Shown here: one piece after another, positions 46,520 to 55,815 of the stretch | How the letters are laid out: every line of letters begins with the position of its first letter | How positions within the stretch are numbered: the first letter of the stretch is position 1 | Source: Phycisphaerae bacterium | GTDB lineage: Bacteria > Planctomycetota > Phycisphaerae > UBA1845 | DNA: 64,000 bases | Reading direction: 5' to 3' | NCBI GenBank assembly: GCA_013360585.1 | Contig: JABWBH010000010.1 | Coordinates: forward strand, 34,629-98,628 | Position numbers and translations under genes: made by a program | Notes under the pieces: generated by a model | What the model saw: only the letters and a program-made list of their open reading frames with translations | Told to the model about the DNA's origin: nothing | Database searches by the model: none

Positions 46520-48010
46520 TCACGACACGCGCCGCACCGCCCACGCCGCCGCCGCCACGCACGGTGCCGCGACCAGCGCCAGGATCAGGCTGATCGCCAG
46601 CACGTAACCGTCCTCGAACTTGTGCATCTTGTCCACCAGAACCACCGAAATCGGCACGAACGATGACACCTGCGCCTGCACCGTCGTCGCCAGATCCCCC
46701 AGCGACAGCGCCCCGGCCGCCGCACCGCCCGCCAGGATCAAGGGCGCCTGTCTCCGCACCCGCAGCGACCACGCGATCCGCGACGCATCCGCTCCGTCCA
46801 CCACCGCCTGCTCCTCGATCTCTCGGCATCGCGCCGATGTCGCCAACGCCGCCACCACCGGCAACCACCCGAAACGCGCCGCCCACCCGGCCGCCAGCTT
46901 CACCCAGTGATCCTGCGTCGCAGACCACCCGCCGTATCCGCAGATGATCGCCTCGCCCACCACTACCGCAGGCAGGATCCCCACCCCTACCGCCACCGCC
47001 ACGGTCATCGCCCCGAACCGCCGACTCATCACGCCCGCCGTCGCAATCCCCACCGCCGCCGCACCCGCCGCCGCAGCTGTCCCCAGCGACCCCGTCAGAT
47101 CCCCCCCGTGAACCCTCAGCACTTCCCCCAACCAGCGCCAGGACTGCATCCGGTAAGCCGCACCCGACACCGGGACGATTACCGTCAACACAACCACCCC
47201 GAGCGCCGCAATCCGCATCCACAACGGCGGCGCCCACGCCTGTGACGACTCCGAAACGCCGCCTTTGCCCGCAAGGCTGCGACGCATCCGCGACACCAGC
47301 ATCAGCCCCAGCCACGCACAGAGGCACACCGGCAGCGCCGGACCCACCGTGTCCAGCGTCCGGCTTGAACTCTCCGCCGCCGCCAGCAACTCCGTCGCGT
47401 AAACATTCAGACCCCACGCATGAGGCACGACGAACTCCGTCACCAGCAGCGTTCCGACCGCCAGCGCCGACGCCGCCAGCGCCGCCCGCATCCCCGGCAA
47501 CACGATGTGAACGAACGCCCGGCGCCGGCTGCAGCACAGGAGCGCCGACTCGTACGCCTCGCGCGGACCGCGCCGCCACGCCTCGCCCAGCAGCAGCGCG
47601 GGGATCGGCCACGTCCAGCCCGCCCAGATCAGCACCGTCCCGAGGTGTCCGAAGGACGACGGCGCGCCGTTCAGCTTCAGCAGATGCTGCCACCCGAAAC
47701 ACATCGTCATCGGTGACACGATCATGCACGCCGCCATCCCGATCGTGATCGCGCTCGACGCCCCGCGCCGCGCCCAGCACGCCGCCGCCGGCAGCCCCAC
47801 GACGATCGCCGTCGCCGTCGCACACGCCGTCAGGATCAGTGTCTCAAGGAAAAGTCCGCTTTGACGCGCTGACAGCACCCAGCCTTGCTCGGGTTGCCAG
47901 CCTTCATTCGACGCACGCACAAGCAGCGCCGCCGGCGGAAACACGTAAAGGCCGCAGATCGCGACCACGGCGAAGAGGAACACGGTCCGGCACGCAACGC
48001 GACGACTCAC
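46520..48010 (-). CDS. iron(III)/thiamine-type ABC transporter permease (two fused CysTW-type domains)
   Basis: The GTG at 48010 overlaps the upstream stop (GTGA). The ORF is polytopic with two repeats of the binding-protein-dependent permease fold. Confidence 0.8.
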   Translation of the reverse strand: MSRRVACRTVFLFAVVAICGLYVFPPAALLVRASNEGWQPEQGWVLSARQSGLFLETLILTACATATAIVVGLPAAACWARRGASSAITIGMAACMIVSPMTMCFGWQHLLKLNGAPSSFGHLGTVLIWAGWTWPIPALLLGEAWRRGPREAYESALLCCSRRRAFVHIVLPGMRAALAASALAVGTLLVTEFVVPHAWGLNVYATELLAAAESSSRTLDTVGPALPVCLCAWLGLMLVSRMRRSLAGKGGVSESSQAWAPPLWMRIAALGVVVLTVIVPVSGAAYRMQSWRWLGEVLRVHGGDLTGSLGTAAAAGAAAVGIATAGVMSRRFGAMTVAVAVGVGILPAVVVGEAIICGYGGWSATQDHWVKLAAGWAARFGWLPVVAALATSARCREIEEQAVVDGADASRIAWSLRVRRQAPLILAGGAAAGALSLGDLATTVQAQVSSFVPISVVLVDKMHKFEDGYVLAISLILALVAAPCVAAAAWAVRRVS

Positions 48011-49035
48011 TTCAGAAGAATCTCCCTCGCGGCCTGCGCCGACGCCTCCAGCGCATCCGCGACCCGGGCGAAGGTGAGCTTCGACGCCGGCGGCGCCGTC
48101 ACGCCCAGCTCCTCGCAAAGCGCCGAACGCACCGGAATGTTCCGCGAGTCGCTCCGCGCCAGCATCCGCTCCACGTCCGCCGACACGAGAAAGTCGTACA
48201 ACGACTCCGCCTCCCGACGATGCGCGCCGCCTCGGACGATCGCCACGGAGTTCGGAATCAGCACCGTCCCGCCGTCTCCCAGATCCGGATAGATCATGTC
48301 CAGCGTCGGACGCTGCTTCCGGGCGACGATCACGTCATCGGTGTCCGTGAAGGCGATCACCCGGTTCCCCGACAGCACCGCCCGCACCGTCGCGCTGTTC
48401 GAATCCAGCACCGCCGCGCCGCCCGCCCGGAGGCGCTCCAGATACGCCCGCCCGCGATCCTCGCCCCACAATGCGAACGCTGCCGCCACGTGTCCGCGCG
48501 TCGTCCCGAAAAGCGGGTTGGCGATCGCCAGCTTCGACGCCCACTCTGGCGCCGCATACGCCTCCCACGTCGTCGGCAGCGACGCGCGCGGTGTCACCGC
48601 CGAGTCAAACGCCACCACCCGCGCCCGCATCCCGAACGCCGTCCACGTTCCCGCCGCGCACTTGTACGCCTCAGGAATGTCCGCCGCCGCCGGGCTGACG
48701 TACGCCGCCAGCCGCCCGCGCCGCGACAGCAGGATCGTGTTGAAAATCTCGTTCGACCAGAAAAGGTCCGCCCCCGTCTGCCCCTCCTCATCAAGGATGC
48801 GCTGCACCAGACCCGTCGTCTTCGCCGCCTCGGTGTCGAAGATCACCCGCACCTTCACTCCCGTCCGACGCTCATACTCCGCCAGAACCTCCCGCGCGAA
48901 TTCCGTGTCCACGCTGCAATACAGCAGCGGACTCTCCCCCGCCGCGCCGCCCTTCCTCTCACAACCCGCAACACTCGCGCACGCCAGCGCCAGAACCCCC
49001 GCCAACACGCGCCCTTTCGCGCCCCCTCTTGCCAA
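48007..49035 (-). CDS. ABC transporter substrate-binding lipoprotein, Fe(3+)/FbpA-like
   Basis: Shows LLYCSVDTEFAREVLAEYERRTGVKV...GADLFWSNE. I chose the TTG at 49035, which gives the lipoprotein signal ...VLALACASVAGC. The ORF track extends to 49122. Confidence 0.75.
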   Translation of the reverse strand: MARGGAKGRVLAGVLALACASVAGCERKGGAAGESPLLYCSVDTEFAREVLAEYERRTGVKVRVIFDTEAAKTTGLVQRILDEEGQTGADLFWSNEIFNTILLSRRGRLAAYVSPAAADIPEAYKCAAGTWTAFGMRARVVAFDSAVTPRASLPTTWEAYAAPEWASKLAIANPLFGTTRGHVAAAFALWGEDRGRAYLERLRAGGAAVLDSNSATVRAVLSGNRVIAFTDTDDVIVARKQRPTLDMIYPDLGDGGTVLIPNSVAIVRGGAHRREAESLYDFLVSADVERMLARSDSRNIPVRSALCEELGVTAPPASKLTFARVADALEASAQAAREILLK

Positions 49036-49175
49036 ACCGCACCTAACTGAGCCGCGCCCGTCAGGAAGCGCCCCCCCCGACCTCTGATTGCGGGCGCCTG
49101 AATCCGGTTGTGTCACGTTCAACGCTCCGCCCCCTGTCCCTCGAATCTCAACCCGCCTCCCACTACACTTCCCGA

Positions 49176-49871
49176 ATGAACTTTCACCCGCCCGATCTCC
49201 GCGAACTCGCCCGGAAGAACCCCGGACGCGGTCTCGGCTGGCATGCCTACGCCGAGGCCTGGCTGACGTTTCCGCTCGGAAAAGTCCTCGATTACGGCTG
49301 CGGAAGCGGCGTGTTCGCTTCCCGCGTGATCAACCGCGCTGAGGAATACTGGGGCGCGGAAGTCGACGACGACGCGCTTGCCGAGGCCGCGAAAGTCCCC
49401 GGTCTTCACCCCGTCCGGATACAACCGGACGCCCCGCTCCCTTTCGACGCCGACGCCTTCGACACCGTCCTCATTCTCGAAGTCATCGAGCACGTCGCCG
49501 ACGAACGCCTCGTCCTGGGCGAACTCCTCCGCGTGCTCAAACCCGGCGGCCTGATGCTCCTGACCACCCCGCACAAGGGCCTGCTCACCTTCCTCGACCC
49601 CGCTAACTTCAAGGTCGTCGCTCCGCGCCTGCACCGCTGGGTCTACTGCACCCTGCTTCGCCGCCGCGCCTACTACGAAGCCCGCTTCGGAGACGAGCGC
49701 CGCCGGCGCACCGGCCTTTTCGGCAGCCTCGCCGCCGAAAACCCCTGGCACCGACACTACCGGGTCAGGGATCTGCTGAAGCTGCTGCCCCCCCCCCCCG
49801 CGGGGGGCGACCCTCGTGCCCGTCGCACACCGGGTTTATTTCCCGGCGATGCGCGCCTTCTGGCTGCTTAA
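49176..49871 (+). CDS. class I SAM-dependent methyltransferase, apparently frameshifted in a C12 tract
   Basis: Shows VLDYGCGSG...LILEVIEHV...LKPGGLMLLTTP. After the C12 run at 49788-49799, the conserved-looking C-terminus continues in the +1 frame (ORF 49816-50214). Confidence 0.7.
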   Translation: MNFHPPDLRELARKNPGRGLGWHAYAEAWLTFPLGKVLDYGCGSGVFASRVINRAEEYWGAEVDDDALAEAAKVPGLHPVRIQPDAPLPFDADAFDTVLILEVIEHVADERLVLGELLRVLKPGGLMLLTTPHKGLLTFLDPANFKVVAPRLHRWVYCTLLRRRAYYEARFGDERRRRTGLFGSLAAENPWHRHYRVRDLLKLLPPPPAGGDPRARRTPGLFPGDARLLAA

Positions 49872-50069
49872 GGGAGTCCTGCGCGTGTTGACCCGAGGCC
49901 GCCTGACCCGCCTCCCCTGGCCGCTCGACACGCTGGAGCGAGCGCTCAGCCGCTGCGAATCCCGAACCGGAGACCAGCTCGTAATGCTGTTCCGACGGTC
50001 TGTGTCCGAAGGCGCCGACTACAACAGCCGAACCCGCGGCGTGCGGCCCCCAGCGCCGTCTCCGCGCCA

Positions 50070-51902
50070 TCAGGAGTCGCCGTCGGCCTTTTCTTCGTCG
50101 TCGCTTTTTCCGACGGGCGCCGCTTCCTCGGTCTTGTCGTTCTCGCCGTCCGTCGCCTTCTGCCCCTCCAGCGCCTTCTGCACCGTCGAGAAGAACGCCT
50201 TCACGGACTTCTGATACTGCCGGGGGATGCGGTCGCGGGTCACGGCGTCGGTCGCTTCGCGCTCCTCCGCGGTGACGATCTCCGCCAGCGCCTTGCTCGC
50301 CTGACCCTTCACCTGCTCGCCGTCGATGAGGAACTGTCCGACGATCGCGCCCTTGCGCGTCTCCACCTTCTGCCGCTCGGTCTTGAACGCCACCGCCGTC
50401 TGCTGCTCTTCCGCAAGGCCTCCGCGACCCTGACCCGGTTTTTGACCCATCCCGCCGTTGCCCTGCTTGCCGCCACCCTGACACTGCCCCGTTCCGTTGC
50501 ACCCGGAGCATTTCCCGCCGTTGCGCTGCCCCGTGCCCTGACACTGCGAGCAGGAGTTCATACTGTCCTTCGCATCCTGAAGGTCGGACAACGTCGAGTT
50601 GAGCTGGTCCATCTCAGTCTGAAGCTGCTCCAGCTCGCTGAGCTGGTCCGACGCGGCGGAAAGCCCCGCCGCCGCCTCCGACATCGACCCCGGCGAGTTG
50701 CACTGCGACGCCTGCTTCATCGCCTGCGAAAGCTGCTTCATCCCCTGGCTGGCGGACTGACGCTGCGCAAGCTGCTTCGCCATCTGCTCGATCTGCTGCT
50801 GGTTGTACCCCTGCTGCTCCAGCGATTTCTTGACCTGATCGAGATCCTGCTTGCTGAGGTTCTCCAGCATGCGCTGAAGGTCTTCCGGCTTGATGCCCGC
50901 CTGCTGGAGTTTCTGCTCCAGCTCCTTGTTCTGCGCAAGCTGCTCAAGCTGCTTTGAGAGGTCTTCGAGCTGCTTGCTGAGCTGCTCGGCCATCTCCTTG
51001 TCTTCGTCGTGCTTAAGCGTGGCGAGCTGCTCCTGAAGCTTCTCGATCTGCTCCTGCGCCTCCTTGAAATCCCCCTCCGCCAACGATTTCGACAGTTCGT
51101 TCGCCGGCGTGTCCGCCTCCTGCGGAACTTTCAACCCCCGCATCATCTTCTGCATCTGCTCGACCTTGTCGTATCCCGGATCGTCGAGCTTATCCTTCAC
51201 CGCGTCCGCGAGACTGTCGATCTTCTTCTGCGCTTCGTGCCGGATCGCGTCGGGCTTGTCCAGCGGCGCGGCCGGCGCTTCCGCCAGCCGCTCCATCTCC
51301 TCCTTCAACTCCTCCAGCGCGGGGTTGTCTTCGGCCTTGCGGATGATCTCCTGAAACTGCTTCTTGACCGTCGCCTGCACCTGCTCGACCGCCGCCACCT
51401 GCACCGGATCCGCGGGCTTCTTCTCCTCGCCCAGCAGTCCTGCCGGAACCAGCAGCGACAACGCCGCCGCCAGCGACGCCCCCGCCGCGTAATTCGCCGA
51501 GCGCGGGTACGTGAACCGGATGTGACGGCGCGCCGACACCGCCGAACTCGCCCGCTCCGCGTCCGACACGACGGCCTGCGCAAAAGGATCGTCAGACGTT
51601 CGGCAATAAAAGCTGCTGCTGAGACGCTCTCGCAATCCCGCCGCCTCATCCAGCGCCGCCGCCGCCGACTCCAGACTCCGGCGCTCCGCCAGCGACCAGA
51701 TCAACGACGCCAGCACCGCGATCGCCGCCAGCGCCGCCGCCGACAGGTCCAGCGGGATTGCCGCCTCCGTCAGTCGCTGCGTCACCGTCAGTCCCGCAAA
51801 ACCGACCGCCGCCCCGCACAAGCACCAGAACACCCGGCTCATCCAGCCGTTCAGCCAGATCCGCCGCCGCGCCACGTGAACCTGCCGTTCGAAGTGACTC
51901 AT
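50070..51902 (-). CDS. membrane-anchored Gln/Glu/Lys-rich coiled-coil protein with DnaJ-type CxxCxGxG zinc-finger pair
   Basis: The ATG at 51902 follows an AGGAG RBS. It has two N-terminal TM helices and a long coiled coil. CSQCQGTG and CSGCNGTG lie at 50481-50552. Confidence 0.6.
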   Translation of the reverse strand: MSHFERQVHVARRRIWLNGWMSRVFWCLCGAAVGFAGLTVTQRLTEAAIPLDLSAAALAAIAVLASLIWSLAERRSLESAAAALDEAAGLRERLSSSFYCRTSDDPFAQAVVSDAERASSAVSARRHIRFTYPRSANYAAGASLAAALSLLVPAGLLGEEKKPADPVQVAAVEQVQATVKKQFQEIIRKAEDNPALEELKEEMERLAEAPAAPLDKPDAIRHEAQKKIDSLADAVKDKLDDPGYDKVEQMQKMMRGLKVPQEADTPANELSKSLAEGDFKEAQEQIEKLQEQLATLKHDEDKEMAEQLSKQLEDLSKQLEQLAQNKELEQKLQQAGIKPEDLQRMLENLSKQDLDQVKKSLEQQGYNQQQIEQMAKQLAQRQSASQGMKQLSQAMKQASQCNSPGSMSEAAAGLSAASDQLSELEQLQTEMDQLNSTLSDLQDAKDSMNSCSQCQGTGQRNGGKCSGCNGTGQCQGGGKQGNGGMGQKPGQGRGGLAEEQQTAVAFKTERQKVETRKGAIVGQFLIDGEQVKGQASKALAEIVTAEEREATDAVTRDRIPRQYQKSVKAFFSTVQKALEGQKATDGENDKTEEAAPVGKSDDEEKADGDS

Positions 51903-52175
51903 GACGAAGACTCCTGCCGGAGGCCGGTCCCCCGGCGCAGCCTGCAACAAACCGCGCGTCAAACCCCGCTTTCACGTTGATATCGTCTCAGGGGACGCTC
52001 AACGATCTTATCGGTGATTCTAGCCCGATCCGCACCTCCGAACAACGCGAATCCACCGAAGCGACGATCCGGGCAGAACCGCAGCCCGCCCGCAAGGCGG
52101 CTTTCCACCTCTTTGACGATCCGCAGACTCCGGCGTTAACCCTCTCGGAAGCCAAGCCGCACAATCCCGGACAAC

Positions 52176-52988
52176 TCAGAACCGCGAATACGCCCGATCG
52201 TCGGCGCTGAGGAACCCGTGTGCGGGCCAATTCAGCAGCGCCTCGTTTTCCGGGCGTGCCCCGGGCTTGCGCGACGGCGTCCGAATCATGTCCCCGTGAC
52301 CGTCGGCGTAAGCGATATTCGTCGCTCCCCGGTGACGGAACGCCTGTGCCCCCGCATGTACCGTGCTCTCCGCCACGCTCGCGTCCAGCGGGGCACGCAT
52401 GAACTTGTTCGCTCCCGCCCGGTAACCGCCGTCGCCCGCCAGCGCCGCTGACGACGGCGACCGCACCTGCGCCGTCATTGCTGGTTCCTCGCCCATCCCG
52501 AGATACTCCTGCTCGCCCTGTCCGCGCCCGAGATAGGTCGTGTTGTAGTTGTACCCGGTGTAAGGATCACCCGTCGTCATGCTCGGTCCCTCGTACGACG
52601 GACACTGCTGCACCGCTCCACCGTCCGCGTACTCCCAGATCAGACCCGCCGACGCTTGTTTCGGGCTGCCCCAGGGCGTTCGCGTGTCCCAGCACACGAA
52701 CGCCTCCTCTCGCTCGTCCACATACTGCGCGATCGGATACCGATCGGAATAAACATGCGCATACGTCTGCACCGCCGTCCCGATCTGCCGCAGGTTCGAG
52801 GCGCACTGCACCGCGGCCGCCTGCTTCCGCGCCTTCGACAGCGACGGCAGCAGCATCGCCGCCAGCAGCGCCAGAATCGCGATCACCACGAGAAGCTCAA
52901 TCAACGTGAACGCCCGCGAGGCATCGTCGCATCCCCGATCCCGCCGCGCCGCCCTCCACCTCTCCTTGGGTCGTTCAGATTTCTTCAT
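52176..52988 (-). CDS. DUF1559 protein with prepilin-type N-terminal cleavage/methylation signal
   Basis: Shows [25 protein letters not shown], and the C-terminal H-X9-DG signature reads [13 protein letters not shown]. Confidence 0.85.
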   Translation of the reverse strand: MKKSERPKERWRAARRDRGCDDASRAFTLIELLVVIAILALLAAMLLPSLSKARKQAAAVQCASNLRQIGTAVQTYAHVYSDRYPIAQYVDEREEAFVCWDTRTPWGSPKQASAGLIWEYADGGAVQQCPSYEGPSMTTGDPYTGYNYNTTYLGRGQGEQEYLGMGEEPAMTAQVRSPSSAALAGDGGYRAGANKFMRAPLDASVAESTVHAGAQAFRHRGATNIAYADGHGDMIRTPSRKPGARPENEALLNWPAHGFLSADDRAYSRF

Positions 52989-53020
52989 TCTTCACACTTC
53001 ATTCCGCATTCTTCATTCAC

Positions 53021-53986
53021 TTACATCGGCCCGGACCAGCCCTCGTACACCCGCACGTAGTCCTCCAGGTCGATGTCTTCGTCTTCGTCCAGGTCCGCCG
53101 CCCGGCAATCACAGGCTTCGATCTCTCCTCCCCCTCCGGAGAAGCACCGCTGCAACCGAGCGAAATCCGCCAGATCCGCATCGCCGTCGAGATCGATGTC
53201 TCCCGAAACGGCGAAACCCGGGGCGACGTCTGCCAGCCCGTCCACCTCTCCCAGCGCCTCGCTCGTCAGATACACATACTGAACCGACTCAAACGGCGTC
53301 GCCGCCAGATCGAACCCCGCCCCGCCGCCCGAACCGCGGTACCACGCGATCGCCTCTCCCGCGGACAGCCCGATGAAATCCGTCTCCACCAACGCCGGGT
53401 CCACCGGTCGCGTGAAATCCGATGGCGCGCCCCAGGCGTGCGCGCAGGAGTCCCACAGATACGCATTCGTCGGGAAAAGACCGTCCCCGTAAGGCCCGTC
53501 CGCGAACACATGCCACGCCTCGGGGTTGCTCTCCGGGTCGCCCTCGCCCGTCGGGCTGACCGCGACGATCACCGGTTCGCGGAAAAGTCCGCCGACGATC
53601 GTGACGGCGTCCATGTTCGTGTCGGGGTCGATGCCGGTGTCCGCAATGAAGAACGCATTGCCGAACACCAGCAGATCGATCCCGAAAGGATTCCGCGGAT
53701 CATCCTCGACGGGATCGTCGAAGCGCACCTTGACGAATTCCCCGCGCCGCAGCGTCAGCAGCGTCTTGCGCCCCGACTCGTCACGGTTCAGCGGTGCAAC
53801 GACCACCGACGCACGAAAGGTCTGCCCCGAGAAAGGGTCGATGAAGGTCCGCGTCGGTTCGCCCAGCGCCGCGTTCGGATCATTGTAAAGCCCGCGCCCG
53901 TCCAGCGACGGGCTGAACTCCACGATGGTGTCCGCCCACGGATCAGACGCAACCGCCGCCGCAATCAACATCAGTGCAGTCAACAT
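53021..53986 (-). CDS. hypothetical exported protein with C-terminal acidic dockerin/EF-hand-like repeats
   Basis: Signal peptide MLTALMLIAAAVASD. The C-terminus contains GDIDLDGDADLADF...DLDEDEDIDLEDY. Confidence 0.55.
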   Translation of the reverse strand: MLTALMLIAAAVASDPWADTIVEFSPSLDGRGLYNDPNAALGEPTRTFIDPFSGQTFRASVVVAPLNRDESGRKTLLTLRRGEFVKVRFDDPVEDDPRNPFGIDLLVFGNAFFIADTGIDPDTNMDAVTIVGGLFREPVIVAVSPTGEGDPESNPEAWHVFADGPYGDGLFPTNAYLWDSCAHAWGAPSDFTRPVDPALVETDFIGLSAGEAIAWYRGSGGGAGFDLAATPFESVQYVYLTSEALGEVDGLADVAPGFAVSGDIDLDGDADLADFARLQRCFSGGGGEIEACDCRAADLDEDEDIDLEDYVRVYEGWSGPM

Positions 53987-54013
53987 GACGGTCCGCTCCT
54001 TTCTTTCCGTAAA

Positions 54014-55360
54014 TCACGGACACGTCACCGTCACCGCCGCGCCGCACTCCGCCGGATCGGTCAACGCGACCGCGTGCTCTCCCGAGTTCACGCCTTGCCA
54101 CGTCCACCGCGCCTTCCGCCCGTTCACCGCTCCCTGATGCGGCACGCCGTCCAGCGTTGCGTACAAGACGACGCCGTCTTGCGCTTCTCCGCTCAGCCGC
54201 GCCCGCGCCCGCACCCGACCGGATGCGCCGCACCGCGCCCGGAACACCCGCACGTCATCGCACGTCACGCCCGATCCCACGGTGTACACGTACGCCAGCG
54301 AGGTCCACGCATCGCGCACGAGGAGTTCGCCCGGCGCCGCGTTGTGCGTCGCGTCGTACCAGTTCGAGTCGTTCGCCCCGTCCGGATCGACCCGGCGCAC
54401 CTCGTCCGGGTCGTCGTTGTCCGCCGGACCTTCGCCACGCCAGGCCGCCTCGATCGCCTCCGCCGCGACGAGACCCAGCGCGTCCACGTCGCCCGTCGCG
54501 AAATCACCGCCGCCCGTGTGAAGGTTGCCGCTCGTGTCAAAGCCCAGCGATGCCGCCGACAGCACGTCGCAGACCTGCACGCCCTCGGCCTCGTAGTCGA
54601 TCGGCGAGCCGCCTTCGACCGCCTCGCGCCAGCGCGCGTAAGTAAACCCCTTCACCCAGCCCGTCTCGCTCGGTCCGTTGAGCTTCAAACCGGTCCCGGT
54701 GTAAAGGTTGCCCGCGGCGTCGAACGCCACCCCGGCCGAGAAGGGACCGCCGGTCATGAACCGAGGATTCACGGGCGCCTTCGGATCGCTCGTCGTGTCC
54801 AGCAGCGTCATCTCGCCCGCGTCGCGGATCGCCAGGTGAACGTCATCGAACCACTCCGCGTCGTAGTGCCCGACGAAAAACCACGTCCCCGCCAGCGTCT
54901 GCACGTCGAACACGCCCACCGCGTCGAAACTGTTCCCCACCGCGAAGCGCGTGCCGTCCGGCGAAACCCGCACGAACGCCGGATACGACACCGGACCGCC
55001 CTCTCCCGGCAGCGCCCCCCGAGGCTCGAAATGCCGCGACCCCGGCGAGGTCTCGATGTACACATCGTTGGCCGCGACGACGATCACGCGCCCGTCCGGA
55101 TGAACGTCAAACATGTCCTGAAACGCCCCCGCCGAGGGCAGGGGCACGGCCCCGCGCAGACCGTATCCGCCGATGTCACTGGCCAACGCCTTCGCCCCGA
55201 TCAACGAGACAATCCCCGCAATCGCAATGAGACCCCGCTGCAAAACCGAACCGTGCCCGCCAGGAAGCGGGTGCTTCCAGCCGCTCAAACAAAAGCGGTA
55301 ACTGGGAACAAGCGAACAAACTGAGGTGAAGCGCCGCAAGGCGCGGCTTCCGATCGACAT
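54014..55360 (-). CDS. hypothetical exported protein, first gene after the cobalamin riboswitch
   Basis: The ATG at 55360 is preceded by AAGGAGGAA. It has the hydrophobic segment LIAIAGIVSLIGAKALA. The beta-rich repeats (HPDGRVIVVAAND, SPDGTRFAVGNS, DAAGNLYTGTG, DTSGNLHTGGG) suggest a propeller-like fold. Confidence 0.6.
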   Translation of the reverse strand: MSIGSRALRRFTSVCSLVPSYRFCLSGWKHPLPGGHGSVLQRGLIAIAGIVSLIGAKALASDIGGYGLRGAVPLPSAGAFQDMFDVHPDGRVIVVAANDVYIETSPGSRHFEPRGALPGEGGPVSYPAFVRVSPDGTRFAVGNSFDAVGVFDVQTLAGTWFFVGHYDAEWFDDVHLAIRDAGEMTLLDTTSDPKAPVNPRFMTGGPFSAGVAFDAAGNLYTGTGLKLNGPSETGWVKGFTYARWREAVEGGSPIDYEAEGVQVCDVLSAASLGFDTSGNLHTGGGDFATGDVDALGLVAAEAIEAAWRGEGPADNDDPDEVRRVDPDGANDSNWYDATHNAAPGELLVRDAWTSLAYVYTVGSGVTCDDVRVFRARCGASGRVRARARLSGEAQDGVVLYATLDGVPHQGAVNGRKARWTWQGVNSGEHAVALTDPAECGAAVTVTCP

Positions 55361-55402
55361 GCGTTCCTCCTTCTTGTGCCGGGGGCGCCAAACCCGGGCG
55401 CC

Positions 55403-55447
55403 CGAAAAACAAAAAAATCCCGGCGCTTCGCGGAGCAAAGCGCCGGG
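55403..55447 (-). terminator. intrinsic terminator forming the riboswitch expression platform
   Basis: On the minus strand, CCCGGCGCUU-N9-AAGCGCCGGG forms a 10-bp stem (55419-55447), followed by AUUUUUUUGUUUUUCG. Confidence 0.75.
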
Positions 55448-55559
55448 ACCGCACGTCTCGGAAGGAAACGCCGAACCCGCCGCGCACGTGTGCGACGGAA
55501 CGGCGCCCGATCGGGCTGGTCGCGGCCGCCGTCCCCGAGGCGCCACGTCCGAACGCGGT

Positions 55560-55753
55560 GGCAGGCAGGTCTTCTGGCTGACGGATCACTCTACTTGCCG
55601 GGCCTTCTCCGCGCGAGCTTCACAAGCCTCAAAACCTGCAAAGCCCCGCCCGAATGGCGCATCCGGCTTTCGTCCCCGATCACAGCGGCGGGTCCACGGT
55701 GGATTCGCACCACCTTCCCTCTTCGAGCGCGGCATCGCGCCCGACCTGCTACC
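55560..55753 (-). promoter_or_regulatory. cobalamin (B12) riboswitch aptamer
   Basis: The minus strand carries GGGAAGGUGGUGCGAAUCCACCGUGGACCCGCCGCUGU and the B12 box AGCCAGAAGACCUGCC. GGUAGCAGGUC and GACCUGCCUGCC form the closing helix. Confidence 0.85.
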
Positions 55754-55815
55754 GCAAAGGATTCACTTGTCACGTTTGCGGCCCCACGCGCCGAAGCCGC
55801 CAAGACCGCATCGAC

